Shown in pieces: positions 47,506-57,397 of a DNA stretch of 64,000 nt. Both the position numbers and the translations under genes were made by a program. Source of the DNA: Fervidobacterium sp. (GTDB lineage Bacteria; Thermotogota; Thermotogae; Thermotogales; Fervidobacteriaceae). Each line of letters begins with the position of its first letter. Positions within the stretch are counted from its first letter, which is position 1. The notes below the pieces were generated by a model that saw only the letters and a list, made by a program, of their open reading frames with translations, was not told the origin of the DNA and did no database searches. The DNA lies in contig JBMFNR010000002.1 in the NCBI GenBank assembly GCA_049970055.1, forward strand, positions 308,406 to 372,405, in the 5' to 3' direction.

Positions 47506-48492
47506 TCACCAGTTTTCTAAAAATCTTACATCATTTCTTACCAGATCTCTAATATCTTTGATTCCATACTTGACCATTGCTATTCTTTCAATACCAAACC
47601 CAAATGCAAGGCCACGCCACTCTTCTGGATCATATCCTACGTTCTTAAATACGTTTGGATGTACCATTCCAGAACCAAGTACTTCAAACCATCTGTTGTT
47701 AAAATAGATGTCTACTTCAAAACTCGGTTCGGTGAATGGAAAGAAACTTGGCCTTAATCTTATCTTTGCGTTTTCACCGAGTAATCTCTTTGCGAATTCT
47801 TCCAAGAAATATTTAAGATGTTTGACGGTCACATCGTGATCGACGTACAGTCCCTCCATTTGTGTGAACATTGGAAGGTGGGTTGCATCGTAATCTCTTC
47901 TGTAAACCCTACCTGGTGAAATTATAGCAAGAGGTGGTTTTCTTGAAAGCATCGTTCTAATCTGTATAGGTGATGTATGTGTTCTTAGAAGATATTCATT
48001 GTTAATATAAAAAGAATCATGTTCATCTCTTGCAGGATGCCATTCGGGTGTATTCAACGCGTCGAAATTAAACCATGGTGTTTCAATTTCTGGACCTTCG
48101 ACGACGGAAAAGCCCATAGAAATAAATATATCCTCAAGTTCTTGTCGAACCTTTGTTAAGATGTGAAGGTGACCTACTGACCTTCGTGCACCTGGCATTG
48201 TTGGATCAACCCAGAGTTTTCTGTATTGTTCTTGTCTTTCTGACTGCTCAATTACCTCTTTTTGAGATTGCAAAAGGTTTTCTATCTGCTCTTTTAGTTC
48301 ATTTATTACTTTTCCAAATGTTGGTTTTTCTTCTGCTGGAAGGTCTTTTAGTAATTTCATAAGTCCTGTTACAAGTCCAGACTTGCCAAGATATTTGACT
48401 CTTAGATCGTTCAATTCCTTACTGTTCTTTACGGTGATAATTTCATCTTTTGCCTGCTGTAATATATCTTCAACTTGTCTTCGATAGTCCAT
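47506..48492 (-). CDS. pheS: Phenylalanine--tRNA ligase alpha subunit
   Basis: ATG 48492; [38 protein letters not shown]. Confidence 0.98.
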   Translation of the reverse strand: MDYRRQVEDILQQAKDEIITVKNSKELNDLRVKYLGKSGLVTGLMKLLKDLPAEEKPTFGKVINELKEQIENLLQSQKEVIEQSERQEQYRKLWVDPTMPGARRSVGHLHILTKVRQELEDIFISMGFSVVEGPEIETPWFNFDALNTPEWHPARDEHDSFYINNEYLLRTHTSPIQIRTMLSRKPPLAIISPGRVYRRDYDATHLPMFTQMEGLYVDHDVTVKHLKYFLEEFAKRLLGENAKIRLRPSFFPFTEPSFEVDIYFNNRWFEVLGSGMVHPNVFKNVGYDPEEWRGLAFGFGIERIAMVKYGIKDIRDLVRNDVRFLENW

Positions 48493-48506
48493 GTAATGCT
48501 CCCCCT

Positions 48507-49343
48507 TTATTGCCGATTTATTTTTCCGATACCAAGAACAACAGTACTTCCTAATGCGATCCAAAGAAGCATCGTTGAACTACTTCCTGAACTATGAAAA
48601 GAAGGTGTAATTGGGTAAAGCGAGCCTGAAACAAGACCAAGTATGAAGTTAAGTATGGACTGCTCTGCATTCTCAAACAAAATCTTTAGTGCTTTCGAAA
48701 TAACTCCTATGCCGAATAGTACACCAAAACCAAGAATAAGTAAGAACAAGAAATCATTCAATGTAAACCCAGCTGATGTTATTTGTGTTAGTTTCGATAC
48801 AGTGAGGATAGCCTGCTCGTAAAAACCTAAAAGCATAAGCATTAAAGAACCACTTATACCTGGAAGAATCATCGAGCTTCCTGCAATCACTCCTGATATA
48901 AATAAGTAAAAATAATTTACATTACTTGATGAGGCTTTTTGTACGTTTTGTAAGCCGTTGCTCAAAATGTATGGAACTATAACAACAGCTGTTCCGATTA
49001 AAAATTCAACAATTTTGAAGGTTTTTATGTCTTTTTTTAGATCCAAGAGTGAAAAAAGTATCAATCCGTAGAAGAAACTGTAAGTATAAAATGAATAATT
49101 AACAAATGCCCAGGATAGTATCTTACTACCTGTTAAAATACCAAGAAGTAACCCTATAACCAATGTGAACATGAAATAGAAATCTTTCCTTGTCAATTTG
49201 AAACTCATAATTGAATTGATTAAGTTTATCAGTTGCTCGAATATTCCTGTTACAACCGCTATAGTTCCACCACTCACTCCTGGTATGACGTTTGCCCAGC
49301 CCATTAGTAAGCCAGCTACCGCAGGTTTAATTAATCTATACAT
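48507..49343 (-). CDS. DUF368 family membrane protein (undecaprenyl-phosphate translocase family)
   Basis: [25 protein letters not shown]. Confidence 0.9.
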   Translation of the reverse strand: MYRLIKPAVAGLLMGWANVIPGVSGGTIAVVTGIFEQLINLINSIMSFKLTRKDFYFMFTLVIGLLLGILTGSKILSWAFVNYSFYTYSFFYGLILFSLLDLKKDIKTFKIVEFLIGTAVVIVPYILSNGLQNVQKASSSNVNYFYLFISGVIAGSSMILPGISGSLMLMLLGFYEQAILTVSKLTQITSAGFTLNDFLFLLILGFGVLFGIGVISKALKILFENAEQSILNFILGLVSGSLYPITPSFHSSGSSSTMLLWIALGSTVVLGIGKINRQ

Positions 49344-49962
49344 TTTTGCACCTCACCTCAACTTTTTTGGAGAGTACAATATTGTAGGCGGTTAATTTTC
49401 CGCCGTAAACGCATCCTGTGTCTATACCTATTTTATCTTCTGATATATGGATATCTTCAAATGGTGTATGTCCAAAAACAACTATGTATCCCGTGTTGTG
49501 CTTTTTACTTATGAATTCTTCTCTAATCCATATCAAATCCCTAACATCTTGTTTTTCAATAGGAATGTTTGGCCTAATACCACCGTGTACGAAAAGATAA
49601 TTACCCTCAATATGATAGTATTTGGTGTTTTTAAAAAACTCAATGTGCAGATCATTTAATAATAATTGTTGTAGTGAACCGTAACTTCTCCAAGTGGCAT
49701 GTGCGCCGTTAATGGTCCACATGTACAAGTCACCACCATCAAGTACGTCAAGAAGCATCTGCTCATGATTACCACGCAAAAAAACGCAGTTGGTGATCTT
49801 GGAAAGGCCAATTAGAAAATCAACCACCCCCTTAGAATCTGGACCTCTGTCGATGTAATCACCTAGGAAAATGAGCGTATCATTTTGCGTTGGTGAAATT
49901 TCGCTTATCAATTTTTCCAAAGGTCGCAAACAACCATGGAGATCACTAATTGCCCATATCAT
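49336..49962 (-). CDS. Metallophosphoesterase (PrpA/ApaH-like)
   Basis: SDLHG, GDYIDRG, RGNHE, VHGG, FGHTP, IDTG. Confidence 0.93.
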   Translation of the reverse strand: MIWAISDLHGCLRPLEKLISEISPTQNDTLIFLGDYIDRGPDSKGVVDFLIGLSKITNCVFLRGNHEQMLLDVLDGGDLYMWTINGAHATWRSYGSLQQLLLNDLHIEFFKNTKYYHIEGNYLFVHGGIRPNIPIEKQDVRDLIWIREEFISKKHNTGYIVVFGHTPFEDIHISEDKIGIDTGCVYGGKLTAYNIVLSKKVEVRCKNV

Positions 49963-49976
49963 CTTATCACCAACTG

Positions 49977-52073
49977 CTACTGAGCTTTATTTTCATCCTG
50001 TTTTTTCGTTTCCTTTGAAAAACTCGATGCTTTATTAGATCCTTTAGTGATGGATTTTGATGTTTTACTATTAGATTTTTTAGAATACGACCGTTTAGAT
50101 TTTGTTTTAAAGTTGCCAGTTTTTTGCTTCTGAACTTCGTTTTCAGAAGTGTCTTCCTTTTCTTCTGTGTCTTTATCTTCTATAAAGTACATCTTTCCAT
50201 CAAGTAGCACACCAAATTCATCCGCTTTTATAGATTTATTTGTTTTACACTTTGGGCAATTTAGATATAAGCCATATTTCCCCACCCTAAGATGATACGG
50301 TTCGTTACATTGTTCGCAGAGTTTGTTTGTCTCAAAATCAATTGTAAAGAATTCTTTTTCAGCGTATTGAAAGTATTTGTTGAATTCTTTCAGAAAGTTT
50401 CTAATTACATCTTTCCAATTCTTTGCTCCGCTTTCTATTTCATCTAGCTGTTTTTCCATTTCCGCAGTAAAACCTTTATCGACGATATCTGGGAACCTTT
50501 TTTCGAGGTAATCGTTAACAACAAAGCCAAGTATCGTTGGAATGAGTGCTCTTTTCTTTTTTACAATGTATTTCCTGTCAAGGAGTGTTTGAATTATTGT
50601 AGCGTATGTGCTTGGTCTACCGATGCCTTCACTTTCAAGAACCTTAACAAGCGAAGCTTCGTTGTATCTGTCTGGCGGGGTAGTTTCCGATTCGGCACTC
50701 TTTGGTTTAACATCATACTTTTGTCCGACTTTCAGTTCTTTGTGCTCTTCAGCTTGTTCTTTATCAGTAATATAAACTAATTCAAATCCATCGAAAATAG
50801 GCTCACGTATAGAAGCCTCAAATGTATATTTTCCAGAAACGAAATCATAACTGTATTGTTTGTACACAGCACTACTCATTTGGGAAGCGATAAAACGTTT
50901 CCAGATCAATTCGTACAATTTAAAATGGTCTTTATCTAGAAGTTTTTGAGCTTGTTCTGGTAGGAGTTCTACATTTACAGGTCTGATACATTCATGTGCA
51001 TCCTGGATTTTTCCTTTTTCTTTTGATTTCTTTTTTGTTTCTTCGCCAAGATATTTCTCGCCAAATTTCTTATCTATCAATTCTTTGGCTGCTTGTTTTG
51101 CTTCCTCAGATACCCTTGTCGAATCGGTTCTCATGTATGTTATAAGTGCGATATGCCCATCGGGTGTGTCAATGCCCTCGTATAATTCTTGAGCAATTTT
51201 CATTGTCTTTGAAACGGAGAATCCGAGTTTACTCGAAGCTTCTTGTTGAAGTGTACTGGTTATGAAAGGTTGAGGTGGATTCTTCTTCAATTCTTTGACG
51301 TCTATATCGACTAAATTCACATCTTTTACATTTTCTAAAACATCCTGCGCAATCTCTTGTGTGATATCAGTTGGTTTAACCTTTTTGCCTTCAATCTTTG
51401 TTAGATTAGCTTTAAGACCTGCTATTTCGATCCAAACTTTGTAATATTTTTGCGGTACGAACTTGAACCTTTCTCTTTCCCGTTCACATATTATCTTCAA
51501 AGCTGCAGATTGTACGCGCCCTGCACTTTTTGCATCCTTGATTATTTTCCAAAGCAATGGACTAATCTTGTAACCGACAATCCTATCTAGAACGCGCCTT
51601 GCAAGTTGCGCATTAACTTTGCTCATATCAATTTCCCGAGGAGATTTCACGGCTTCTTGTATAGCACGTGGTGTTATCTCAAAGAACGTTATCCTGTTTT
51701 TTCCCTTAACATTCAATAACGTGGATAGATGCCAAGCGATAGCTTCTCCTTCTCTATCAGGATCAGATGCGAGAAAAACTTGCTTACCCTTTACAATATT
51801 TTTTATCTGCTCGACAACTGCTTCTTTCCCCGGAATTATTTCAAAATCGATTTTCAATGAATCAAGATCAACACCGAATTCTTTTTGCGGAAGGTCTCTT
51901 ACGTGCCCTTTTGAAGAGATAACTTTGTATTCTTTTCCCAAAATATTCTCTATTGTTTTCGCCTTTGCGGGAGATTCAACAATGATAACTTTCGAAGCTC
52001 CCGAATCTGTTGTATCTAAATTTTCCCCCTTTATTGGTGTCGTTTTTTTTACTTTGGCTTTAGCCACTTTCAA
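49977..52073 (-). CDS. topA: Type IA DNA topoisomerase
   Basis: IVESPAKAKTI, DPDREGEAI, SAGRVQS, ITYMRTDS, GIGRPSTYA; one Zn ribbon; basic tail. Confidence 0.98.
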   Translation of the reverse strand: MKVAKAKVKKTTPIKGENLDTTDSGASKVIIVESPAKAKTIENILGKEYKVISSKGHVRDLPQKEFGVDLDSLKIDFEIIPGKEAVVEQIKNIVKGKQVFLASDPDREGEAIAWHLSTLLNVKGKNRITFFEITPRAIQEAVKSPREIDMSKVNAQLARRVLDRIVGYKISPLLWKIIKDAKSAGRVQSAALKIICERERERFKFVPQKYYKVWIEIAGLKANLTKIEGKKVKPTDITQEIAQDVLENVKDVNLVDIDVKELKKNPPQPFITSTLQQEASSKLGFSVSKTMKIAQELYEGIDTPDGHIALITYMRTDSTRVSEEAKQAAKELIDKKFGEKYLGEETKKKSKEKGKIQDAHECIRPVNVELLPEQAQKLLDKDHFKLYELIWKRFIASQMSSAVYKQYSYDFVSGKYTFEASIREPIFDGFELVYITDKEQAEEHKELKVGQKYDVKPKSAESETTPPDRYNEASLVKVLESEGIGRPSTYATIIQTLLDRKYIVKKKRALIPTILGFVVNDYLEKRFPDIVDKGFTAEMEKQLDEIESGAKNWKDVIRNFLKEFNKYFQYAEKEFFTIDFETNKLCEQCNEPYHLRVGKYGLYLNCPKCKTNKSIKADEFGVLLDGKMYFIEDKDTEEKEDTSENEVQKQKTGNFKTKSKRSYSKKSNSKTSKSITKGSNKASSFSKETKKQDENKAQ

Positions 52074-52118
52074 TCACCTTCATCACCTTTTGATAGAGAT
52101 TAGTGAGATTTACAATGT

Positions 52119-53102
52119 CTACTTGAGTAAAAACCTTCTGTTGAGGTTTGTATCGTATTCACTCCATTCTTTAGTATCATCCTCTTTATCGATTATCTGA
52201 AAAACTCTATTCAATTTTGAATCCATATTTTCGATGAAATGTAGTACGAGAGCTTCCGGTGTTTTCGGTACAACTGGTGAACCCCACTCAAACTCACCAT
52301 GGTGTGAAGCAATAAGGTGCTTCAGTTTTAAAATTTTATCGTAAGTTATACCCCGCGCTTTTTGATTTATGTATTCTATTCCTATTATTATATGTCCAAT
52401 TAGTTCACCTTCGGTAGTTACTTCTATACCGCGTTGACTGAGTGTGTATTCTTTGATCTTACCAATGTCATGTAAAAGAGCTCCGGTGACAAGAAGGTCC
52501 CTATCAAGTTTATCGTATATTGAGCATATTTGATCAACCATTTTTGCAACATTCAACGAGTGTTCAAGCAAACCACCAATGTAAGCGTGGTGAATTCTCA
52601 TTCCTGCTGGAGCAGATTTGAAAACTTCCGCAATGCTTTTGTCTTCAACGAAAAATATTTCGAGTAATTTTCGGTAATCACTGTCTTTGACACTTTTTAT
52701 CATGTTTAGAAGCTCTTTGAACATATCTTCTATGTTAGAGATTTTTGAAACAAAACGTTCTATCTCGTATTCAGATTCGGAAAGTTTTCTCACAGCGCTT
52801 TCCGAGTTGGCTATATTTATTTGAACTCTTTCTTCAAAATACACCACTTTGCCTGTCACTTGTATGATCATGCCTACCTGGAGTAACTGGTCATTTTTCT
52901 CTGCATTATACCAATCAACAGCTCTAACACTACCTGTTCTGTCTTCGAGTGTTAGCAGAAGAAATTTTTTTCCATCTTTTGTTTCTTGTAACTTTTTGCT
53001 TTTCACTTTGAATATTCCATCAATTTCTTTTTCGATAAAATTGTCAAGCTCTACTATGTAAGGTGGTTTCAACTTTTCAATGATCTCTTTTGGTATATTC
53101 AC
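52119..53102 (-). CDS. 3'-5' exoribonuclease YhaM family (OB + HD)
   Basis: GTG 53102; HHAYIGGLLEH, LLHDIGK, HLIASHHG..GSPVVPKTPEA. Confidence 0.9.
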   Translation of the reverse strand: MNIPKEIIEKLKPPYIVELDNFIEKEIDGIFKVKSKKLQETKDGKKFLLLTLEDRTGSVRAVDWYNAEKNDQLLQVGMIIQVTGKVVYFEERVQINIANSESAVRKLSESEYEIERFVSKISNIEDMFKELLNMIKSVKDSDYRKLLEIFFVEDKSIAEVFKSAPAGMRIHHAYIGGLLEHSLNVAKMVDQICSIYDKLDRDLLVTGALLHDIGKIKEYTLSQRGIEVTTEGELIGHIIIGIEYINQKARGITYDKILKLKHLIASHHGEFEWGSPVVPKTPEALVLHFIENMDSKLNRVFQIIDKEDDTKEWSEYDTNLNRRFLLK

Positions 53103-54193
53103 AATTCCAGCCCCTCGTACTTTCTTGGAACACGCTCGGAAATTCTGCATGTGACTTCGTAATTTATTGTTCCAACCAATTTAGCTATCTCTTCTGCGGT
53201 AATTGTATTGTCTCCCTGTTTTCCTATCAATACCACTTCATCACCTATTCTTACATCACTGAGGTGTGTGACATCGACCATAAACTGGTCCATGCATACT
53301 CTACCTACGATTGGACATTTTTCTCCACGGATTAGCACGTAACCTTTGTTTGATAGGTGTCTCCAATAGCCATCGGCGTATCCAACAGGTATTGTTGCAA
53401 TCTTCATTTCGCTAAAAGCTTTAAATGTTCTACCGTAGCTGATTGTATCGCCAGGTTGTATAGTCTTCATATGCGAAACAACACTTTTCCACGCAAGTAC
53501 AGGTTTTAATTTATCACTGTATACGCTTTCACTTGGCTGAAGACCATAGCTTGCAATTCCAACCCTCACGTAATCAAAGCAATTAACAACTTTTGAAAGG
53601 GAAGCTCCACTGTTACACATATGTTTTATTTTTACATCAAGATCAAGCTTCTCAAACTGTTCAGCTTGCTCTTTCGTAAATTTTATATCTTCTTCTTCTA
53701 AACTATCGGCAACTGCAAAGTGTGTGTAAGCACCTTCCACTTCGAATCCAGACTTTCTTGCACTATCAATAAAGTCTTTTGACTCTTGAGGCAACACACC
53801 AAGTCGCCGCATGCCAGTGTCTATCTTTACATGACATTTCGGCCGCCATATGTATTTACTGTATTTCCACAGTTGTTCCCAAGAGTAAAGTGTTATCGTT
53901 ATGTTGTTTTCCTGAGCTATGTGAAGCAAATCAGGCTCGATATAGTTAAAAACTAAAATATTTGAAGATATTCCATGTTTTCTTAACTCTGTTGCTTCTT
54001 CCAAAAAAGCAACTGCGAAGTAATCGATCCCAATTCTTTCCGCCGCTTTTGCAAGTTGGACTGCACCATGACCATATGCATTAGCCTTAACAACAGGCAT
54101 AACTTTTGCTGGCGCGCAATGATTTTGGAAAAATCTTAGGTTATCAAGGTAATTCCTTACATTTATAACTGCATAAGTCCTTCTGCTTTCCAT
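53099..54193 (-). CDS. alr: Alanine racemase
   Basis: VVKANAYGHG, KIDTGMRRLG, GYADG, GRVCMDQ, GTINYE. Confidence 0.97.
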   Translation of the reverse strand: MESRRTYAVINVRNYLDNLRFFQNHCAPAKVMPVVKANAYGHGAVQLAKAAERIGIDYFAVAFLEEATELRKHGISSNILVFNYIEPDLLHIAQENNITITLYSWEQLWKYSKYIWRPKCHVKIDTGMRRLGVLPQESKDFIDSARKSGFEVEGAYTHFAVADSLEEEDIKFTKEQAEQFEKLDLDVKIKHMCNSGASLSKVVNCFDYVRVGIASYGLQPSESVYSDKLKPVLAWKSVVSHMKTIQPGDTISYGRTFKAFSEMKIATIPVGYADGYWRHLSNKGYVLIRGEKCPIVGRVCMDQFMVDVTHLSDVRIGDEVVLIGKQGDNTITAEEIAKLVGTINYEVTCRISERVPRKYEGLEL

Positions 54194-54213
54194 CTAAGAC
54201 ACCTCTGAGAAGG

Positions 54214-54549
54214 TTACTGACGATTTATTTTGGGTACTTTTTCCATGGGGGGTAAATGGTATACTCTCCAACGTGTTCTTATTTTAACACCAAATAGTTT
54301 GTTTTCGATATCTATTATATCATTAACTTTGATTTTAAAGTACATTCCTATCAAGTATTCACCTTCAATTTTGATGTAAAAGAACAATGCTTCAGCCGTT
54401 AGTAGCAGAATTACTAAATAACACACTGTGATCAATGTGTTCGCTATATTTGAGAGTTGTAAAGAAAAAAGATAGAGCACAAATGGTGTGCTCAATAATG
54501 ATAAAGCTAGGGTGAGGATTTTGTAAGACTTCTTGACTCTGTATACCAT
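54214..54549 (-). CDS. Small membrane hypothetical protein
   Basis: Two TM segments, in operon orientation. Confidence 0.55.
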   Translation of the reverse strand: MVYRVKKSYKILTLALSLLSTPFVLYLFSLQLSNIANTLITVCYLVILLLTAEALFFYIKIEGEYLIGMYFKIKVNDIIDIENKLFGVKIRTRWRVYHLPPMEKVPKINRQ

Positions 54550-54554
54550 GATTG

Positions 54555-54578
54555 AAAAAAGCGGGGTTGTCCCCGCTT
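54555..54578 (-). terminator. Terminator after rpmB
   Basis: Minus strand AAGCGGGG-acaa-CCCCGC-TTTTTT. Confidence 0.8.
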
Positions 54579-54579
54579 A

Positions 54580-54801
54580 TTACTCCTCCACTGCTACGGA
54601 TTGAGATTTACTTACGTATCTTTTAACCTTCCCTGCTTTTAGGCAACTTGTACACACGTTCATCCTTTTTACTGTTCCATCATCAAGAAGCACTCTGACT
54701 TTTTGAATGTTTGGTTTGAACCATCTGTTTGTGTGTCTGTTAGAGTGGCTTACATTTTTACCGGCTCTAGGCTCTTTCCCGCATATTTCACACTTTGCCA
54801 T
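54580..54801 (-). CDS. rpmB: 50S ribosomal protein L28 (zinc-ribbon form)
   Basis: [31 protein letters not shown]. Confidence 0.97.
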   Translation of the reverse strand: MAKCEICGKEPRAGKNVSHSNRHTNRWFKPNIQKVRVLLDDGTVKRMNVCTSCLKAGKVKRYVSKSQSVAVEE

Positions 54802-54869
54802 CTTCGCTTCCTCCCTTTATTATGAATTTTTCGATTTCAACTAACAGAGGTAAACAACGTCACTGGTAT

Positions 54870-54897
54870 ATTATACCAATTATCCTGTTAAATTCAA
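54870..54897 (-). promoter_or_regulatory. rpmB promoter
   Basis: TTGAAT-16-TATAAT with TG extension on the minus strand. Confidence 0.65.
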
Positions 54898-54950
54898 GGG
54901 GGGAATTATGTATTTCAGATTAACTTTTCTTTTTAAGACTTCAATATTTA

Positions 54951-56366
54951 CTATTGAACTTTTTGCACTTGGACGGTATTAGTCGTCCCTGGCTTACCCC
55001 ATGGGATTCCGGCAACGATTATAACTTTATCACCTGGCTTGGCTAAACCCAGTGATTTTGCTTTTTCAATCACGCTTTCTATCATTTCATCAGTTGTCAG
55101 TTTTTCTTCAAGCATTACAGGAATTACACCCCATGCAAGGCAGAGCTTGTAGAATGCCCTTGGATTATTCGTTGCTGCCATTACTGGGATTGATGGTTTA
55201 TATTTCGAAACATTTATCGCGGTTGAACCTGTATTTGTTGCTGTGATTATGAGTTTAGCTTCAACATTTTTTGCCAACGTGGTTGAAGCGTATGAAATCG
55301 CACTGGGTAAATCAAAACTTGACGAGTATTCTTTTAACCAATCAAGTTTATACGTTTCATATTCCTCCATATATTGTTCTGTATTTTTTGCAACTTCATC
55401 CATAACTTTCACCGCTTCACAAGGGTATTTGCCAACAGAAGTTTCACCGGAAAGCATTACAGCATCGGTACCATCTAAAATAGCATTTGATATATCCGTT
55501 ACTTCAGCTCGTGTGGGTGTTGGATTATTGATCATACTCTCAAGCATCTGTGTTGCAGTTATAACAGGTTTCTTGTATAGATTTGCAACTTCGATTATAC
55601 GTTTTTGAGCGATAGGTACTTGGGAAATGGGTATTTCAACACCTAAATCGCCGCGTGCTACCATTACTGCGTCAGCAGCTGTTATTATATCTTCAAGATT
55701 ATCAAGTGCTTGTGCCGTTTCAATTTTTGCAACAACTGGTACATCAGTTAATTGTTTTGCTTCACTGACATCTTTTGCTTTTCTTACGAACGAAAGTGCG
55801 AAATAGTCTATTCCCTCTTCATTTCCCAGTTTTATGAATTCTTTGTCTTTTTCGGTAATAGAAGGAATAGATACATCTACACCAGGTAAATTGACGCCAC
55901 GCTTATGCGTAATTGTTCCACCACGTTCAACACTGCAGATAATTGACTTACTTTCCATTATTACTTTTTCAACGATAAGTTCAATTGCTCCGTCATTGAT
56001 TAGAATTTTGTCATTAGGCTTAACTTCTTGGTATAATTTATCATAGTTTATCCAAAATTTTTTCTCGTTTCCAACAAATTCATCGCCACAAACAATTTCT
56101 ACTTTGCCTTTGTTTTCAAGAGTGACAAATTCCTTATCAAACTTTCCGGTTCTAATTTTTGGACCGGCCAGATCAAGTAATATGGCAAAATTGTAACCTT
56201 TTTCCCTAACGTTTTTTAATCTCTTGATCCTTTCCCTGTGAATATCGATTGTTTCATGAGATGAGTTCAATCGAAAAACATTTACACCACATTCTGCGAG
56301 TTTGATGATATTTTCCTCGGACTCGGATGCAGGACCAATTGTAGCTACTATCTTTGTCTTTCTCAT
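54951..56366 (-). CDS. pyk: Pyruvate kinase
   Basis: RKTKIVATIGP, DLAGPKIR, MVARGDLGVE, ATQMLESM, MLSGET. Confidence 0.98.
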   Translation of the reverse strand: MRKTKIVATIGPASESEENIIKLAECGVNVFRLNSSHETIDIHRERIKRLKNVREKGYNFAILLDLAGPKIRTGKFDKEFVTLENKGKVEIVCGDEFVGNEKKFWINYDKLYQEVKPNDKILINDGAIELIVEKVIMESKSIICSVERGGTITHKRGVNLPGVDVSIPSITEKDKEFIKLGNEEGIDYFALSFVRKAKDVSEAKQLTDVPVVAKIETAQALDNLEDIITAADAVMVARGDLGVEIPISQVPIAQKRIIEVANLYKKPVITATQMLESMINNPTPTRAEVTDISNAILDGTDAVMLSGETSVGKYPCEAVKVMDEVAKNTEQYMEEYETYKLDWLKEYSSSFDLPSAISYASTTLAKNVEAKLIITATNTGSTAINVSKYKPSIPVMAATNNPRAFYKLCLAWGVIPVMLEEKLTTDEMIESVIEKAKSLGLAKPGDKVIIVAGIPWGKPGTTNTVQVQKVQ

Positions 56367-56458
56367 TCAATATCCCTCCCTTTATTTCATTCTATTTTGC
56401 ATACTGTTCTGAAATTTTCTAAATCGGATAAATTATACCATAAATTTCAAAGAATAAA

Positions 56459-56478
56459 GGCATTCCTTGCGGAATGCC
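56459..56478 (-). terminator. Terminator hairpin upstream of pyk
   Basis: GGCATTCC-ttgc-GGAATGCC, followed by a T-rich run on the minus strand. Confidence 0.65.
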
Positions 56479-56512
56479 CTTAAATCACAATTTTGTTTAG
56501 TTTTTTATTTTC

Positions 56513-56950
56513 TTACTTAATATTCCACTTCATAATTCCTACAATGACGTAGATTGCGAAAGCCCATGTTAAAGAGAAAAGTTGTATTAGAGCTGCATTA
56601 CCAACGTAGAAGAAATCTAAAATGTTGAGCAAAATCATTATAATTCCAAGAAACACTGCCTTTCTTATTCCATTTCTTACTTTTAGTTCTCCAAAATCTC
56701 TTGCAATTAAGAATGTGAATATAGAAATTATTACGTACGCTACCGGTGAAATTGAGAGCCCCAACTTTGAAAAAAACGCCTTAAATTCTCCAGAAAAGAA
56801 TCCTAAAGATATTAGTATGTAAACAACGGAAACCACGTTTGCAATATTCATCGATGCTTTAGATTGCTGTATTATTGCAAGTATTAACGGTACGGCAAGC
56901 ACTATATTAGCTATGAACATTAGTACTGAATAAGCATTTATATTAGTCAT
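56513..56950 (-). CDS. Hypothetical integral membrane protein
   Basis: About 5 hydrophobic segments; RBS GAGGGGG. Confidence 0.65.
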   Translation of the reverse strand: MTNINAYSVLMFIANIVLAVPLILAIIQQSKASMNIANVVSVVYILISLGFFSGEFKAFFSKLGLSISPVAYVIISIFTFLIARDFGELKVRNGIRKAVFLGIIMILLNILDFFYVGNAALIQLFSLTWAFAIYVIVGIMKWNIK

Positions 56951-56957
56951 GAAGTAA

Positions 56958-57320
56958 TTATTCCCCCTCTATTGTTTTTTTGTACTCTTCCTCAGTTAGT
57001 AATTCATCGAATTCAGCAGGATTTATCGGTTCTATTTTCACAAGCCATCCTTCTCCTTCGGGATCTTGGTTGACGAGCTCTGGTGTTGCGTTAACTTTTT
57101 CGTTGACTTCAATGATTTTACCACTTACTGGTGCGTAAACATCTCCTGCTGCTTTGACACTTTCAAGAGAAACTATTACTTCACCTTTTTTGACTTCTCT
57201 TCCTACCTGTGGCAGATCGACATACACGATGTCTCCGAGCTGTTCCTGTGCATGGTTCGTGATTCCAACTATCCCCGTTTCAATATCAACCCATTCGTGT
57301 GTTTTTGCATACTTTTTCAT
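56958..57320 (-). CDS. gcvH: Glycine cleavage system H protein
   Basis: ATG 57320; THEW, GITNHAQEQLGDIVYV, lipoyl motif ESVKA, DPEGEGWL. Confidence 0.96.
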   Translation of the reverse strand: MKKYAKTHEWVDIETGIVGITNHAQEQLGDIVYVDLPQVGREVKKGEVIVSLESVKAAGDVYAPVSGKIIEVNEKVNATPELVNQDPEGEGWLVKIEPINPAEFDELLTEEEYKKTIEGE

Positions 57321-57397
57321 AATAGTTACCCTCCCTTTCTGATCGCTCATGGTGATGCTACGTTAATTATATCACATACTATAAACATCATTCAACG

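Noticed and set aside
54864..54878. Palindrome TGGTATATTATACCA as an operator
   Set aside because: Largely explained by the extended -10 box of the rpmB promoter; no other support
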